Part shown: positions 10,199 through 19,754 of the stretch, one piece after another
Layout: each line of letters opens with the position of its first letter
How positions within the stretch are numbered: position 1 is the stretch's first letter
NCBI GenBank assembly: GCA_017513085.1
Contig: JAFWDK010000015.1
Span: 96,001 to 160,000 of the forward strand
Length of the DNA stretch: 64,000 bases
Source of the DNA: Clostridiales bacterium
GTDB lineage: Bacteria; Bacillota; Clostridia; Saccharofermentanales; Saccharofermentanaceae
Direction: 5' to 3'
Made by a program: the position numbers and the translations under genes
The notes under the pieces: model-generated
Seen by the model: the letters and a program-made list of their open reading frames with translations, nothing else
Databases searched by the model: none
Told to the model about the DNA's origin: nothing

Positions 10199-11164
10199 TT
10201 ACTTCAGCACCTGCGTCACGACCGTATGATTCGGCCGGGTGTTCTTGATGCCGATCTGAAAAGCATCTTCGTAGACGAGCTCTCCGGGAAGGTCCTCGCT
10301 CTCTGACAGATACAGCCGGACGCCATACTTCTTACACATATCGCGGTAGAAAGTCATCTGCTTCCAGATGTCGTTTCCTGCTTCTGCGTTCTTGAACCAT
10401 GTGGTCGCGTTATCGGGATTGCCCTGCTCGTAAAACGGCGGAACCGGAAGGACTTCCTCGAAATACTCTCTGTTCTTCCAGTATTCCTTCTCTTCCTCTT
10501 CCGTGAGCGTCTTATTTTCCACGAGTTTCCATACCGCGGTGAAGATCCCCCGGGGCTGCTGCGTCATGTATGCGATATCTGATGTGTGGACCCGGTAATA
10601 AGGCATCACCGGACCGCTTTCTTTTCTATCCAGTTCGCGCTTCACACATTGGAAATTCGCATCGAGTTCACCGGCGCCATCCATCACGATCCGCTTGCAC
10701 GAAAGGAGCTTCTGCCACTCATCATGCTTCGCTTTCGAGCGCATATTCACATCTCCCGTATCGTAACTTGCTGCCCACTCGAGGAACTCCTGGTGGTTCT
10801 GATACATGTCCCCGCCCGGAAGGAGCCGGTCGCCGAACTCTTCTTTCTCTCTTTTGCGAAGTCTCTCGATTCTGACATCCGTGTCCGTCACCAGGCGGAT
10901 CGCCAGGGTAAAGAGTGGAATCAACTCGTCTCCCCAGTCCACGAGAGAACCGGAGATCACGATCTTATCGTGCTTTTCGATATCTTCTTTCATGAGACGG
11001 AGACGTTCTTCAAAGCTTCGCTTCACTGTATATTTCGGATCGGTCGGCTCCCAGAAATAGTCATCGGTATCCATGAAGAAATACCCGAGTTCATCGCAGA
11101 TCTTCTTTCCCAGTGTGGAAGTTCCCGCGCCGGATGCACCGAAAATGTGTATGACCTGTTTCAT
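10199..11164 (-). CDS. Fusion: adenylate-kinase-like P-loop protein + uncharacterised C-terminal domain
   Basis: GASGAGTST...DTDDYFW N-domain (about 180 aa); second domain begins MPYYRVH. Confidence 0.75.
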   Translation of the reverse strand: MKQVIHIFGASGAGTSTLGKKICDELGYFFMDTDDYFWEPTDPKYTVKRSFEERLRLMKEDIEKHDKIVISGSLVDWGDELIPLFTLAIRLVTDTDVRIERLRKREKEEFGDRLLPGGDMYQNHQEFLEWAASYDTGDVNMRSKAKHDEWQKLLSCKRIVMDGAGELDANFQCVKRELDRKESGPVMPYYRVHTSDIAYMTQQPRGIFTAVWKLVENKTLTEEEEKEYWKNREYFEEVLPVPPFYEQGNPDNATTWFKNAEAGNDIWKQMTFYRDMCKKYGVRLYLSESEDLPGELVYEDAFQIGIKNTRPNHTVVTQVLK

Positions 11165-11192
11165 ATTCTGTCCTCCCAGCTATGCGTTTTCA

Positions 11193-11660
11193 TTAGATGA
11201 ACATTTCCATATATCTTCGGAAAGTTTCGAAACCGGCCGCCTCGTAGAAGGCCAGCGCGTCCTGATTAAACTCCCACATATTGAGTTCCAGACGATGGTA
11301 TCCCTGATCGATGGCGAAGTTCTTGATGAACTCGACCATGGCCGTGGCGATCCCTTCTCTTCTATGTTTCTCATCGACACAGAATTCATCGATATCGAGA
11401 AAATCACGGACCTTCATGAAGGGATTTTCCGGCTTATAGATGTGATGCAGGATCGCAAATCCACAGAGCTCGCCGTCTTTATCCGCGACGACGATCTTCT
11501 GCTCGGGATCTTTAAAGATGTAGTAAACGTAGTTTTGAAGCTCCTCACTGAATCCGGGCTTAAACACGTCCGGTTTTCCTTCAACATGAAGATCATTGAC
11601 CTGCTTACGAAGCACGTTGATCTTCTCCAATTCGTCTTCTTTTGCGAAACGGATGACCAT
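11193..11660 (-). CDS. GNAT N-acetyltransferase
   Basis: VDEKHRREGIA and FN..ALAFYE..GF. Confidence 0.9.
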   Translation of the reverse strand: MVIRFAKEDELEKINVLRKQVNDLHVEGKPDVFKPGFSEELQNYVYYIFKDPEQKIVVADKDGELCGFAILHHIYKPENPFMKVRDFLDIDEFCVDEKHRREGIATAMVEFIKNFAIDQGYHRLELNMWEFNQDALAFYEAAGFETFRRYMEMFI

Positions 11661-11765
11661 ATTACTACACCTGCCTTTTTATGAAATATTTCTAACCATT
11701 GTATCGAAACGAAATAGGGAATACTAGTTCCCGGCAGTATAAAATTCTTGTTTCACGAATGCCAC

Positions 11766-12581
11766 TCATTTGAACTCTTTATCGTGCTTCTTGAAGAAGT
11801 CATAGAAGTACCGCGCATTCTCAAGCTCGGTCCAGTCCGCCACGGCAAAAGAACCGGAGTCCAGGTCGTAGATCTTCGCGCTGAGTGTGCCGAGCATGAA
11901 AGGTGAATGCGTCGCGATGATAAACTGACATCCGAGAAGTCTCGCCATGTCATTGAGTTTCTCCGCCAGTTTCACCTGATTATCCGGAGACAGCGACACC
12001 TCCGGCTCATCGAGAAGATACAGTGCATCCGGGCGAATAAAGTCATCGAAGAACTGAAGCGAGGTTTCTCCGTTCGAGTATTTCTCCTGCGAGAATTTGG
12101 CCCCTTCCCGGATCTTCCATCCGTCCACAGATCCGAGAAAAGCCTGTGCCTCTTCTTTGCTCTTACCGCTCTTGATCTGGTCGACCAGAAGCCCTTCGTC
12201 GAGAACCGGGATCTGCTGGATCTTCTTGACCTCATAGAGGATATCTTCGCTCTTGATGTAACGGCTGTCGGAAGGAAGGACCCGAAGTGTCTTCCCGAAT
12301 TCATCTTCCCCCAGTCCGGCCGTGCATTCTCTCGCGAAGTTGCCGCAGAAATCCTCCGATCCGAATGTATTCGGCGTGGCATATTCTTTTCCCTTTATGG
12401 AGAGCTTATTTGCGATGATATTGAGAAGCGTCGATTTCCCCGACCCGTTACTTCCATACAGCACCGTGATCCGGTCGAAGAAAAACTGCACCCCTTCTCT
12501 TCCGCGAAAAACATTGTACGGATAAATGTTAGGACAATTGAGGCGCTTGCTGCTCAGCTTGAAACTTTGAAGATAGATCAT
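11766..12581 (-). CDS. ABC/AAA-type ATPase (COG3910-like)
   Basis: GSNGSGKST, SNGE, LLDEPEVSLSP, IIATHSP. Confidence 0.85.
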   Translation of the reverse strand: MIYLQSFKLSSKRLNCPNIYPYNVFRGREGVQFFFDRITVLYGSNGSGKSTLLNIIANKLSIKGKEYATPNTFGSEDFCGNFARECTAGLGEDEFGKTLRVLPSDSRYIKSEDILYEVKKIQQIPVLDEGLLVDQIKSGKSKEEAQAFLGSVDGWKIREGAKFSQEKYSNGETSLQFFDDFIRPDALYLLDEPEVSLSPDNQVKLAEKLNDMARLLGCQFIIATHSPFMLGTLSAKIYDLDSGSFAVADWTELENARYFYDFFKKHDKEFK

Positions 12582-13246
12582 GCTGTCGTTTCTCCCTTTG
12601 CGGGACGGGAAGTCTTCCGGCCTCCGCCCACTTTACCGTTCAGCGCGCAAAGAAGATTCGCAATTCCGAAAGAAACCAGCACGATCACGGCAAAGATCAA
12701 TATCGCGACGCCCCATCCCCAGCGCAGGAAGAAATAGAAATCGTTGTTATGCGGGTATCTTCCCCCCATGCCGTTAATGAGGATATTCAGGATATAACCA
12801 AAGCCGTAGACCAGGGTCAGAAGCGCCGACAGGATCCGCCACTTCATCTCTTTCTTTACCCCCGGAAGAAGTACATAGTCCACCATGGCAATCAGCGGTA
12901 CGATCAGATGGAAGAACAGATTTGCATTCTTATACATGCGTCCATACCCGTATACCGGCCCCAGGAAAAGCGCCACCACCGTAAAGGTCAGTCCGGTCGC
13001 TGTGGCAGACATCAGCTTTAAGACTTTCGTCGGTTTGCCTTCATAAAAGAGCGCGATGAGCGCGACGATCCCGGCAAAAAGATTCGACTGCACCGTGAAG
13101 TACCGAAGGCACATGATCCCCCGCAACTGAAACTCCATCCAGGCGCTTCGGTATGTCATGGTCATGTACATGCCGATCGAAACCAGGATCACCAGTACAA
13201 CATTGGTGATCTTACGGATGATGGTCATGTTCTTCTCACTACGCAT
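12578..13246 (-). CDS. Integral membrane protein (Pr6Pr / FAR-17a-like)
   Basis: YFTVQSN, HLIVP and YFFL motifs; about 6 TM segments. Confidence 0.7.
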   Translation of the reverse strand: MRSEKNMTIIRKITNVVLVILVSIGMYMTMTYRSAWMEFQLRGIMCLRYFTVQSNLFAGIVALIALFYEGKPTKVLKLMSATATGLTFTVVALFLGPVYGYGRMYKNANLFFHLIVPLIAMVDYVLLPGVKKEMKWRILSALLTLVYGFGYILNILINGMGGRYPHNNDFYFFLRWGWGVAILIFAVIVLVSFGIANLLCALNGKVGGGRKTSRPAKGETTA

Positions 13247-13276
13247 ATTGTTTCTTCCTTCACTATGTCACATCTT

Positions 13277-14689
13277 CTACTGTCCGAAGCGGAAAGAATA
13301 GAAGTCCGCCGCCCCGCTTCCTTCGTAAGTAAAGTAGAGAGCATGTTTTCCGTTCCCGATCGTCAGTGGCGCCGTGTATTCCGTCCAGTTTTCCGAAGGT
13401 GCGATCCTGATCCGGGAGACGATCTTCCCGCCTCGTCCATCGCGTACGACGAACTCACCATCCGCCGTACCACGCACCTTCACGGAAAGTGCTTCTGCAG
13501 TATGGAAATCGAAATACCGGTAACCTGCCGTCGCGCCATCCACCATGTTGTTGATGTACTGGTTCGGGTTATCCTCGCGGTCTTCCCCCTCCTGGGTAAA
13601 GGCCGGGTGATGCTCATCCTGCTGCTCGGCAAGGCTCTCGGTCGTACCATTCTTACTAAAGAGATGACAGGCGATCCTGGCCTCATATTCACCCTCGTCG
13701 CGGAGCGGTCCGCCGTTTAATCCGCAAGACGTGATCTCCGCCTGATGGAATGCTTCCCCGTCGAATTTGATCTCCTCCGCGCAGGCCTGGCGGGAGAAGA
13801 AATGGCGGTTAGTCTGGCGATGGTAGAACACATACCACTTCCCGTTTACGAATGCCACACTTCCGTGGGTATTGCCGCGGTAGTTCATGGCCTCCGTATT
13901 TCCGTTCACGCCGATGTCGGCATTCGACACCAGCACGCCGCCAAAATGATAATCACCCAGAGGCGAATCGGCGACTGCCCAGCAGAGCTCATGCATCCAG
14001 CAGGAAGAATAGATGAAGTAGTATTTGCCGTTGATCTTTCGTACAGAACTGGCCTCGAAGAAAGGATGGGCCTCGTACTCCGTACCGTCCGCATCGTTAA
14101 TGATCGGCAAGTTATGGAATGGTCCTGCTTTCACGGTGATCATGTCCTGCTCCAGCTCCATCTTGAGGCTGTCCTTATCCACAGGTGTTTGTTTATATCG
14201 TGGGCTGTTTCCGGAGAAAAGATAGATCCGCTTGTCATCGTCGATAAAGATGCCCGGGTCGAACTGTCGGATCTCGTCCGGACGTGAACCGAGAATGTCT
14301 CCATTCGGATATCTTACGAAATCTAAAAACTCGAAAGGACCAATCGGTGAATCCGCCACGGCGACTCCGATCTCTTTGAGAAAATCCAAACAATAGTAGA
14401 GGTAGTATTTTCCATCGTTTCCGCGACACACATCCGGCGCCCACAGCGCATGGGAACCATCCGGATTTCTGGGGTCCTGAGTCTTCTTAAAGATCACTCC
14501 CTCAAAGCGCCAGTCGGAAAGATCGTCCTCCGGACATGACCAGCATACATAGTCGTTGGCACAGTATACGTCACCGTTAAAACGGTCGTGGCTTCCGTAG
14601 ATATAGAGCCGCCCGTCAAAGACACGGGGCTCGCCGTCCGGAATATATTCGTAGCTTGGAAGATATGGATTAAAAACCTGCTTTTTCAT
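13277..14689 (-). CDS. GH43 beta-xylosidase/arabinofuranosidase with C-terminal CBM6-like domain
   Basis: PDGEP, LWAPD, FDPG, FFEASS, HGS motifs; C-terminal GYRYFDF...GKHALYF. Confidence 0.9.
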   Translation of the reverse strand: MKKQVFNPYLPSYEYIPDGEPRVFDGRLYIYGSHDRFNGDVYCANDYVCWSCPEDDLSDWRFEGVIFKKTQDPRNPDGSHALWAPDVCRGNDGKYYLYYCLDFLKEIGVAVADSPIGPFEFLDFVRYPNGDILGSRPDEIRQFDPGIFIDDDKRIYLFSGNSPRYKQTPVDKDSLKMELEQDMITVKAGPFHNLPIINDADGTEYEAHPFFEASSVRKINGKYYFIYSSCWMHELCWAVADSPLGDYHFGGVLVSNADIGVNGNTEAMNYRGNTHGSVAFVNGKWYVFYHRQTNRHFFSRQACAEEIKFDGEAFHQAEITSCGLNGGPLRDEGEYEARIACHLFSKNGTTESLAEQQDEHHPAFTQEGEDREDNPNQYINNMVDGATAGYRYFDFHTAEALSVKVRGTADGEFVVRDGRGGKIVSRIRIAPSENWTEYTAPLTIGNGKHALYFTYEGSGAADFYSFRFGQ

Positions 14690-14746
14690 GATGTCCTCTC
14701 TTTCGTGTCTGCGTTCGCAAGTCGGGATGTATCTTCTGCCTCAGGG

Positions 14747-15385
14747 TCACTTCAGATACCAGATCTCCCCGTTCGGCATGATCTGCATATCGCCGGGCAA
14801 AGTCTTCCGGATCTCTCCGGTCACGGCGTCCCGGATCACCGTTTCCTCTCTGTAGTCCGGATCTTCGTACCAGATACTGAAATACAGGTCATTCCCGTCG
14901 CGATAGTAATAGCTTTCCCGCTCATGGATCGGGATAGTCCTCTTCTCCGGCCAGATCAGCTCCAGCGAGCCGTCATTCGGCTGACGGGTCAATGTCAGCG
15001 GATGGACAGTAAGCCGCAGATTATAGCAATCTTTTACGGAATCAAGCGACAGCACGTCGAGTTCTTCAACCGTGTGATCTGTACAGGAGAACTGCTGGAT
15101 CCGGATCTTTCCTGCTTCAAAATCCACCGCAAGGAAAGATATCTTCTGATCGTCGTAGACCGGGTCGCTGAAAGCGATGTTTTCTGTCGGCGGGAAGGGG
15201 CAGAATTTCTCCCCATCCGGAAAATGTACGAGGAAAAAGTGATTCCCTGAAAGAGTCTTTCCCTCCTCGTAGAGTTCTTGCTCCTCATAAAGATCGCCCC
15301 GGGCATAGTCCAGCGCATAGTACCACTCCGATGTGCCCTCAAGGGGACGCAGATAGGAGATTCCGTTAAGATCCAGTTCCTTCAT
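14747..15385 (-). CDS. Hypothetical protein
   Basis: 212 aa acidic ORF with AAGGAG RBS, in operon context. Confidence 0.7.
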   Translation of the reverse strand: MKELDLNGISYLRPLEGTSEWYYALDYARGDLYEEQELYEEGKTLSGNHFFLVHFPDGEKFCPFPPTENIAFSDPVYDDQKISFLAVDFEAGKIRIQQFSCTDHTVEELDVLSLDSVKDCYNLRLTVHPLTLTRQPNDGSLELIWPEKRTIPIHERESYYYRDGNDLYFSIWYEDPDYREETVIRDAVTGEIRKTLPGDMQIMPNGEIWYLK

Positions 15386-15389
15386 TCTT

Positions 15390-16130
15390 CTACTCCTTTA
15401 TGAAAAAGCTCTTCAACGCTTCGACCATCTCCGGCAGATGCCGGGTGAAACAGTGGTCGTCCCCATGGATCTTCACCAGTGTCGCATCGTGATAGAGGGC
15501 CAGTGCTTTTTCCGCATAGGAACAGAGAACCGTATCGTCGTCGTCACCGTGAATCATGAAGACTTTACCCTTATATCTTTCGATCTCGTCTTCCACATGG
15601 ATCGTCTGGGCCACACGGCAATAATCGCCCGACAGTTCCCGGTCCCAGGATTGAAGCACTTCCGGAATGTGCAGCGGGTCAAAAGAAAGCCCGAGGAGCG
15701 TCCCTTTCCTTGCGTACTCCGGGATCATCCAGGCCGGCGAGATCGGAAGGATCGCCTTGAAATCATCCGGGAACATTCCGCCGATGAGCATCGTCAGAAG
15801 TCCGCCCTGGGAATGGCCGCACAGATAGAGATCCGTGACGAAATCCAGTGTCTTGACATAGTGGATCACGGAGATCATATTCGATACCCATTTGTAGAGC
15901 GTGTGGTCCCGGAACTCGCCATCGCTGGCACCATGTCCGTACATCTCCACGCGGAGCACGGAGATCCCGCACTCGTTCATAGCCTGCTGCATCGCGACGA
16001 TGTGGGGCTCCTCCATATGGCCGGTAAATCCGTGGACAAGGATGCAGAGCGGCCCTTTGACCGATTCGTCCGGACGGTCCATCTTCGCATGAAGCTTTAT
16101 GCCATCGCTGTTGATATAGAATTCCTTCAT
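15390..16130 (-). CDS. Feruloyl/cinnamoyl esterase (alpha/beta hydrolase, Butyrivibrio Est1E/CinI-like)
   Basis: HGFTG, GHSQGG, HGDDD and DDHCF motifs; resembles Est1E as recalled, not searched. Confidence 0.82.
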   Translation of the reverse strand: MKEFYINSDGIKLHAKMDRPDESVKGPLCILVHGFTGHMEEPHIVAMQQAMNECGISVLRVEMYGHGASDGEFRDHTLYKWVSNMISVIHYVKTLDFVTDLYLCGHSQGGLLTMLIGGMFPDDFKAILPISPAWMIPEYARKGTLLGLSFDPLHIPEVLQSWDRELSGDYCRVAQTIHVEDEIERYKGKVFMIHGDDDDTVLCSYAEKALALYHDATLVKIHGDDHCFTRHLPEMVEALKSFFIKE

Positions 16131-16201
16131 ATTTGACTTCCTCCGATTTTGTTATTCTTTCAGGTAGGAAATCTCATCTGTCGGAAGTGGATCGCATATG
16201 T

Positions 16202-16384
16202 TTACAGGAAGTAATTGATCACAAAGACCAGTATACCGCAAGCAATTACAATGAAACCCCGTATTCTCATGCCGGATACGGCTTTGGGGTCTTCGCGCAT
16301 TTCTTTTTTTACGGAAAGCTTCGGGCAGATTACCATAAAAAGGCCTAGCAAGCACATTACAATACCTAAAATCCAATACGGCAT
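16202..16384 (-). CDS. Small two-TM membrane protein
   Basis: AGGAGG RBS before MPYWILG; two hydrophobic segments. Confidence 0.65.
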   Translation of the reverse strand: MPYWILGIVMCLLGLFMVICPKLSVKKEMREDPKAVSGMRIRGFIVIACGILVFVINYFL

Positions 16385-16937
16385 AACACTACTCCTCCTG
16401 ATCGAGATCACTACTAGCTTAGATAGTTATATATCAAGTATATCATCTCATATAGGAAACAATAGGTGCAATATATTTTTTGTCTGAAATATCGTAGGAA
16501 TGTGAAATCAATTCTGCCATGGCTTTGTCTTTTTCAGTCGGATTCTTCTTATGGTTCATGATAGAAAGAAGCGCTTTCATGGCAAGTTTGGAACCTGTAC
16601 CCATCCGGTCATAGTTCAGGCCGCCCTGAAGGTAAAAGCCTGATATCCGGCTCTTCAGTTCTTCCGGGATGACCTTTTCCATTGCACTCTTTGCTTCCGG
16701 ATTCTCTGCCGGACTTGCGCCCACGACGAACAGGCCCAATTTCTTATCGTTCCACGAAGCCGCTTTACTGAAGAACCATTTGGCTCCCGTGACTCTTCCG
16801 GCATTCACCCAGCCACCGTAAAGAATGGCATCATAAGAAAGGAAATAGTCCGCCTTCTTTTTCTTCGCCTCTTTCAGATCAAAAACGTCTGCTGACGTTT
16901 CTTCTTTGATCCATTCTGCATATCTTTGAGTAAATCC

Positions 16938-17100
16938 TGTTTGTGATGTATAGTTGACACTCCGCACGGCTAAAGCCGTGGGATTCTTGCTTCATCGACC
17001 ACTGCTTAGTCCGAGGACTTTAGTCTTACATGGTCTCCACAAGCGTAAATTCGGGTATGTCCTACCCTACTAGGTTATTTGCAGTCATTAACATTCCCAT
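16938..17100 (-). ncRNA. Predicted TnpB reRNA (omegaRNA) scaffold plus flanking guide; boundaries approximate
   Basis: Structured segment from the tnpB 3' end to the RE TCAA. By TnpB precedent the guide is the adjacent host sequence CTATACATCACAAACA. Confidence 0.6.
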
Positions 17101-18177
17101 TTTCAGTATGTTAATGGCTGCATTTTTATCTCTGTCATGTTTGGTATGGCAGTTCGGACACTTCCAAGCTCTTACAGAAAGATTCTTTACTATCGGATTT
17201 TTATACCCGCAGATACTGCAAGTCTGAGAACTCGGGTACATCGTTGGAACCCGAACAATCTCATTCCCATACCATTCAGCTTTGTATTCAAGCATAGAAA
17301 AGAACTTTGACCATGACGTACTGGTAATATGCTTTGCCAGCTTATGGTTTCTTACCATGCCTTTTACATTCAGATCCTCGATGCAGATGGTTTGGTTTTC
17401 GCGCAAAAGCATCGTAGATGTCTTCTGTAAAAAGTCATTTCTCTGGTTTGTGATCTTTTCGTGTACTCTTGCAACACGGATACGCTGTTTGTTTCTGTTA
17501 TTCGAACCTTTCTGTTTTCTGGAAAGACGGCGCTGCTCACGGACAAGTTTCTTTTCGGTCTTTTCTAGATACTTCGGATTCTCTATAGTATTCCCGTTAC
17601 TGTCAGAAAAGAAGTCTTTGATCCCTACATCTATCCCGACGACGCACCCCGCATTAGGGCGGTCTTCCGGTTCAAAGTCAACATTTAATACTGCAAAGTA
17701 TTTCCCTGTCGGTGTTTTTTCAACAGTTACATTATGGATATGTCCGACCGGCATAGACTGTTTTATCCTCACATATCCGAGCTTGGGAAGTTTTAAGTAT
17801 TTCCCGGCAAAACGGATGTTGTCCTGCTGGTTGATCGTTCTATACGACTGATGGTTATCGTGTTTGCTTTTAAACTTCGGGTAAAAAGAACGATGTGAAA
17901 AGAAATTTTTGAATGCAGTATCCAGGTCACGAAGGGACTGCTGAAGCGAGATCGAATCCACTTCCTTAAGAAATGAAAAATCTTCCTGAAGTTTTATGGT
18001 AGTCAGCATGGATGATGTCTGCTTGTATCCGCATCTCTGTCCTTGTTCGTAAGACGTCTTTCTCATATCCAAGCCCTTGTTGTAGATCAGGCGCACACAG
18101 CCGAGCGTTCGGTCAATGAGGGAGCGCTGGCTTTTACTTGGATATATACGAAACTTTACGCCTTTTTGCATATTCAC
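17062..18177 (-). CDS. tnpB: RNA-guided endonuclease TnpB
   Basis: N-terminal HTH; RuvC residues in GIDVG, IEDL and DRDKNAAINI; CSIC..CPNC zinc finger. Confidence 0.95.
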   Translation of the reverse strand: MNMQKGVKFRIYPSKSQRSLIDRTLGCVRLIYNKGLDMRKTSYEQGQRCGYKQTSSMLTTIKLQEDFSFLKEVDSISLQQSLRDLDTAFKNFFSHRSFYPKFKSKHDNHQSYRTINQQDNIRFAGKYLKLPKLGYVRIKQSMPVGHIHNVTVEKTPTGKYFAVLNVDFEPEDRPNAGCVVGIDVGIKDFFSDSNGNTIENPKYLEKTEKKLVREQRRLSRKQKGSNNRNKQRIRVARVHEKITNQRNDFLQKTSTMLLRENQTICIEDLNVKGMVRNHKLAKHITSTSWSKFFSMLEYKAEWYGNEIVRVPTMYPSSQTCSICGYKNPIVKNLSVRAWKCPNCHTKHDRDKNAAINILKMGMLMTANNLVG

Positions 18178-18575
18178 GGCCTCGTTTTTTGAGTATCTAC
18201 ATACCTTTTTATCGTTTCTGAACTTACTTTACCGGCTGTGCTTACGAAGTAGCTTCGTGTCCACAAACTCGGCATAGCCTTAAGCTTTGAAAATTCCTTG
18301 CGAAGCTCTTTTGAAGATGCACCTTTGATATATTTCATGATGTCAGGAACACTCATAGTAGGTAATACACTGACAAAAATGTGTACATGATCAACATGAC
18401 ATTCCAAAGCCAGGATTTCTATGCCACGTTTTTCGCATTCTATCCTCGTAAGTTCTTTAAAACGCTCTTCAACACCGTCTATTGAAAAAATCTTTCGTCT
18501 GTACCTTGGACAGAAAACAAAATGGTAGTTGAGAAGAGATACTGTGGTCTTTGTATGTTTATATCCGTAATCCAT
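18174..18575 (-). CDS. tnpA: IS200/IS605 Y1 HUH transposase TnpA
   Basis: YHFVFCPRYRR, DHVH (HUH), LWTRSYF, catalytic Y in KRYVDTQ. Confidence 0.95.
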   Translation of the reverse strand: MDYGYKHTKTTVSLLNYHFVFCPRYRRKIFSIDGVEERFKELTRIECEKRGIEILALECHVDHVHIFVSVLPTMSVPDIMKYIKGASSKELRKEFSKLKAMPSLWTRSYFVSTAGKVSSETIKRYVDTQKTRP

Positions 18576-18700
18576 GAATATATTATATCACATTGTAGAT
18601 GTATTTTCATGACATATCTACAAAATGTCAGGGCTTTCATCCCACGGTTAAAACCGTGGGTTTTCCCGCCCGTTCACTATAATGCTCACCAGGAAGGCGA

Positions 18701-19171
18701 TCATTCAATAGTCAGACTACAATTATATCGGACCACAGATCCATTCGGGTACTCGACGACAACTCTTTCCGCTTCAAAACCACTTTTCCGGTAGAATCCG
18801 ATCGCATCGTCATCTGTCTGCGCCGTGATCCTCTTGAGGTGCTCAGTTTCCATCACCTGATATATCATTTCTTTTCCGACACCCTTTTCCCACAGATCTT
18901 TTCTCACAGCAATCCCCAGGATCTCCGCCTCGACACCCGTTTCAGACCCCGTCGCTGCTTCTGTCTCTTTCAGCACCAGAATACCGGCTTTTTCGCCATC
19001 CATATCACATACGAAGATCTTCACAGACGGATCCGATAAAAACTTCTCCATCAGCGCTTTGTAATCTTCATAAGTCGGCTGATACATGCAAGGCGCATAA
19101 ATCAGAAACGCCTCCTCGGAAGTCAGCCAACTCTTATCCATACAGCGTCTGCTTTCACAAGTCTTTTTCAT
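18701..19171 (-). CDS. GNAT N-acetyltransferase
   Basis: IAV..D..KGVG and TDDDAIGFYRKSGF; start may be 19141. Confidence 0.85.
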   Translation of the reverse strand: MKKTCESRRCMDKSWLTSEEAFLIYAPCMYQPTYEDYKALMEKFLSDPSVKIFVCDMDGEKAGILVLKETEAATGSETGVEAEILGIAVRKDLWEKGVGKEMIYQVMETEHLKRITAQTDDDAIGFYRKSGFEAERVVVEYPNGSVVRYNCSLTIE

Positions 19172-19649
19172 AGCTCACTTCTCGTATACTCTTGCCGCCA
19201 ATCGAATCATCACGCACCTCGGATGCCAATTGAAATCCCATTCTTTCATAGAAATCTCTGGCATTCGTATTCTCTTCCAGCACCCAAAGCATTACTTTCT
19301 TATATCCCATTTGCTTGAGCTCGGCTAACGCTTTTTCCATCAACTGTCTTCCGTAACCGCGCCCCACATATTCCGGCAAAAGATAGATGGATATCACTTC
19401 ACCATAACCCGGGAACGCATCAAATCTCGATTCGCAGAAACTGCTGGTTCCGACGATCTTTCCATCTTCAACACATACCAGTGTATGCCAACTAGGATTA
19501 TCCACCTTCGCCGCCCATCTTCCGGATGGAATGCTATCCAGATAATCCTGCGGAATGATTCCTTTATATGCAGACTTCCAGCTCTGCTCATAGACATTGC
19601 TGATCTCCAGTCTATCATCTGTCTTATCGATATACCGTACTGTACTCAC
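19155..19649 (-). CDS. GNAT N-acetyltransferase
   Basis: SWKSAYKGII, GRGYG, WVLEEN..ARDFYE; GTG start behind GGAGGTG. Confidence 0.88.
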   Translation of the reverse strand: MSTVRYIDKTDDRLEISNVYEQSWKSAYKGIIPQDYLDSIPSGRWAAKVDNPSWHTLVCVEDGKIVGTSSFCESRFDAFPGYGEVISIYLLPEYVGRGYGRQLMEKALAELKQMGYKKVMLWVLEENTNARDFYERMGFQLASEVRDDSIGGKSIREVSYEKDL

Positions 19650-19754
19650 GCCGCACCTCCATCCATAACATAGTGCAATATTTGCGTTCCGAATGCAATA
19701 CGATATACCAAGTCGACACATCTGTTGACAAATGCACCCTCATCAGCGACGTAT

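Larger units (their letters stand above)
16954..18678 (-). mobile_element. IS200/IS605 family insertion sequence (tnpA + tnpB)
   Basis: LE hairpin CCCACGGTTTTAACCGTGGG preceded by guide AAAA; RE hairpin CCCACGGCTTTAGCCGTGCGG preceded by GAAT and ending TCAA; inserted 3' of TTAT with no target duplication. Confidence 0.93.
16443..18704 (-). pseudogene. Flavodoxin-domain (Flavodoxin_5/HemG-like) gene interrupted by IS200/IS605
   Basis: Removing 16954-18678 restores ATG ATC GCC TTC CTG GTG AGC ATT AT|C TAT ACA TCA CAA ACA GGA = MIAFLVSIIYTSQTGFT..YAEWI. The ATG overlaps the upstream GNAT stop (ATGA). Confidence 0.85.

Noticed and set aside
16954-18678. IStron (group I intron-IS chimera)
   Set aside because: Only about 100 nt separate the left end from tnpA, leaving no room for a group I intron core.
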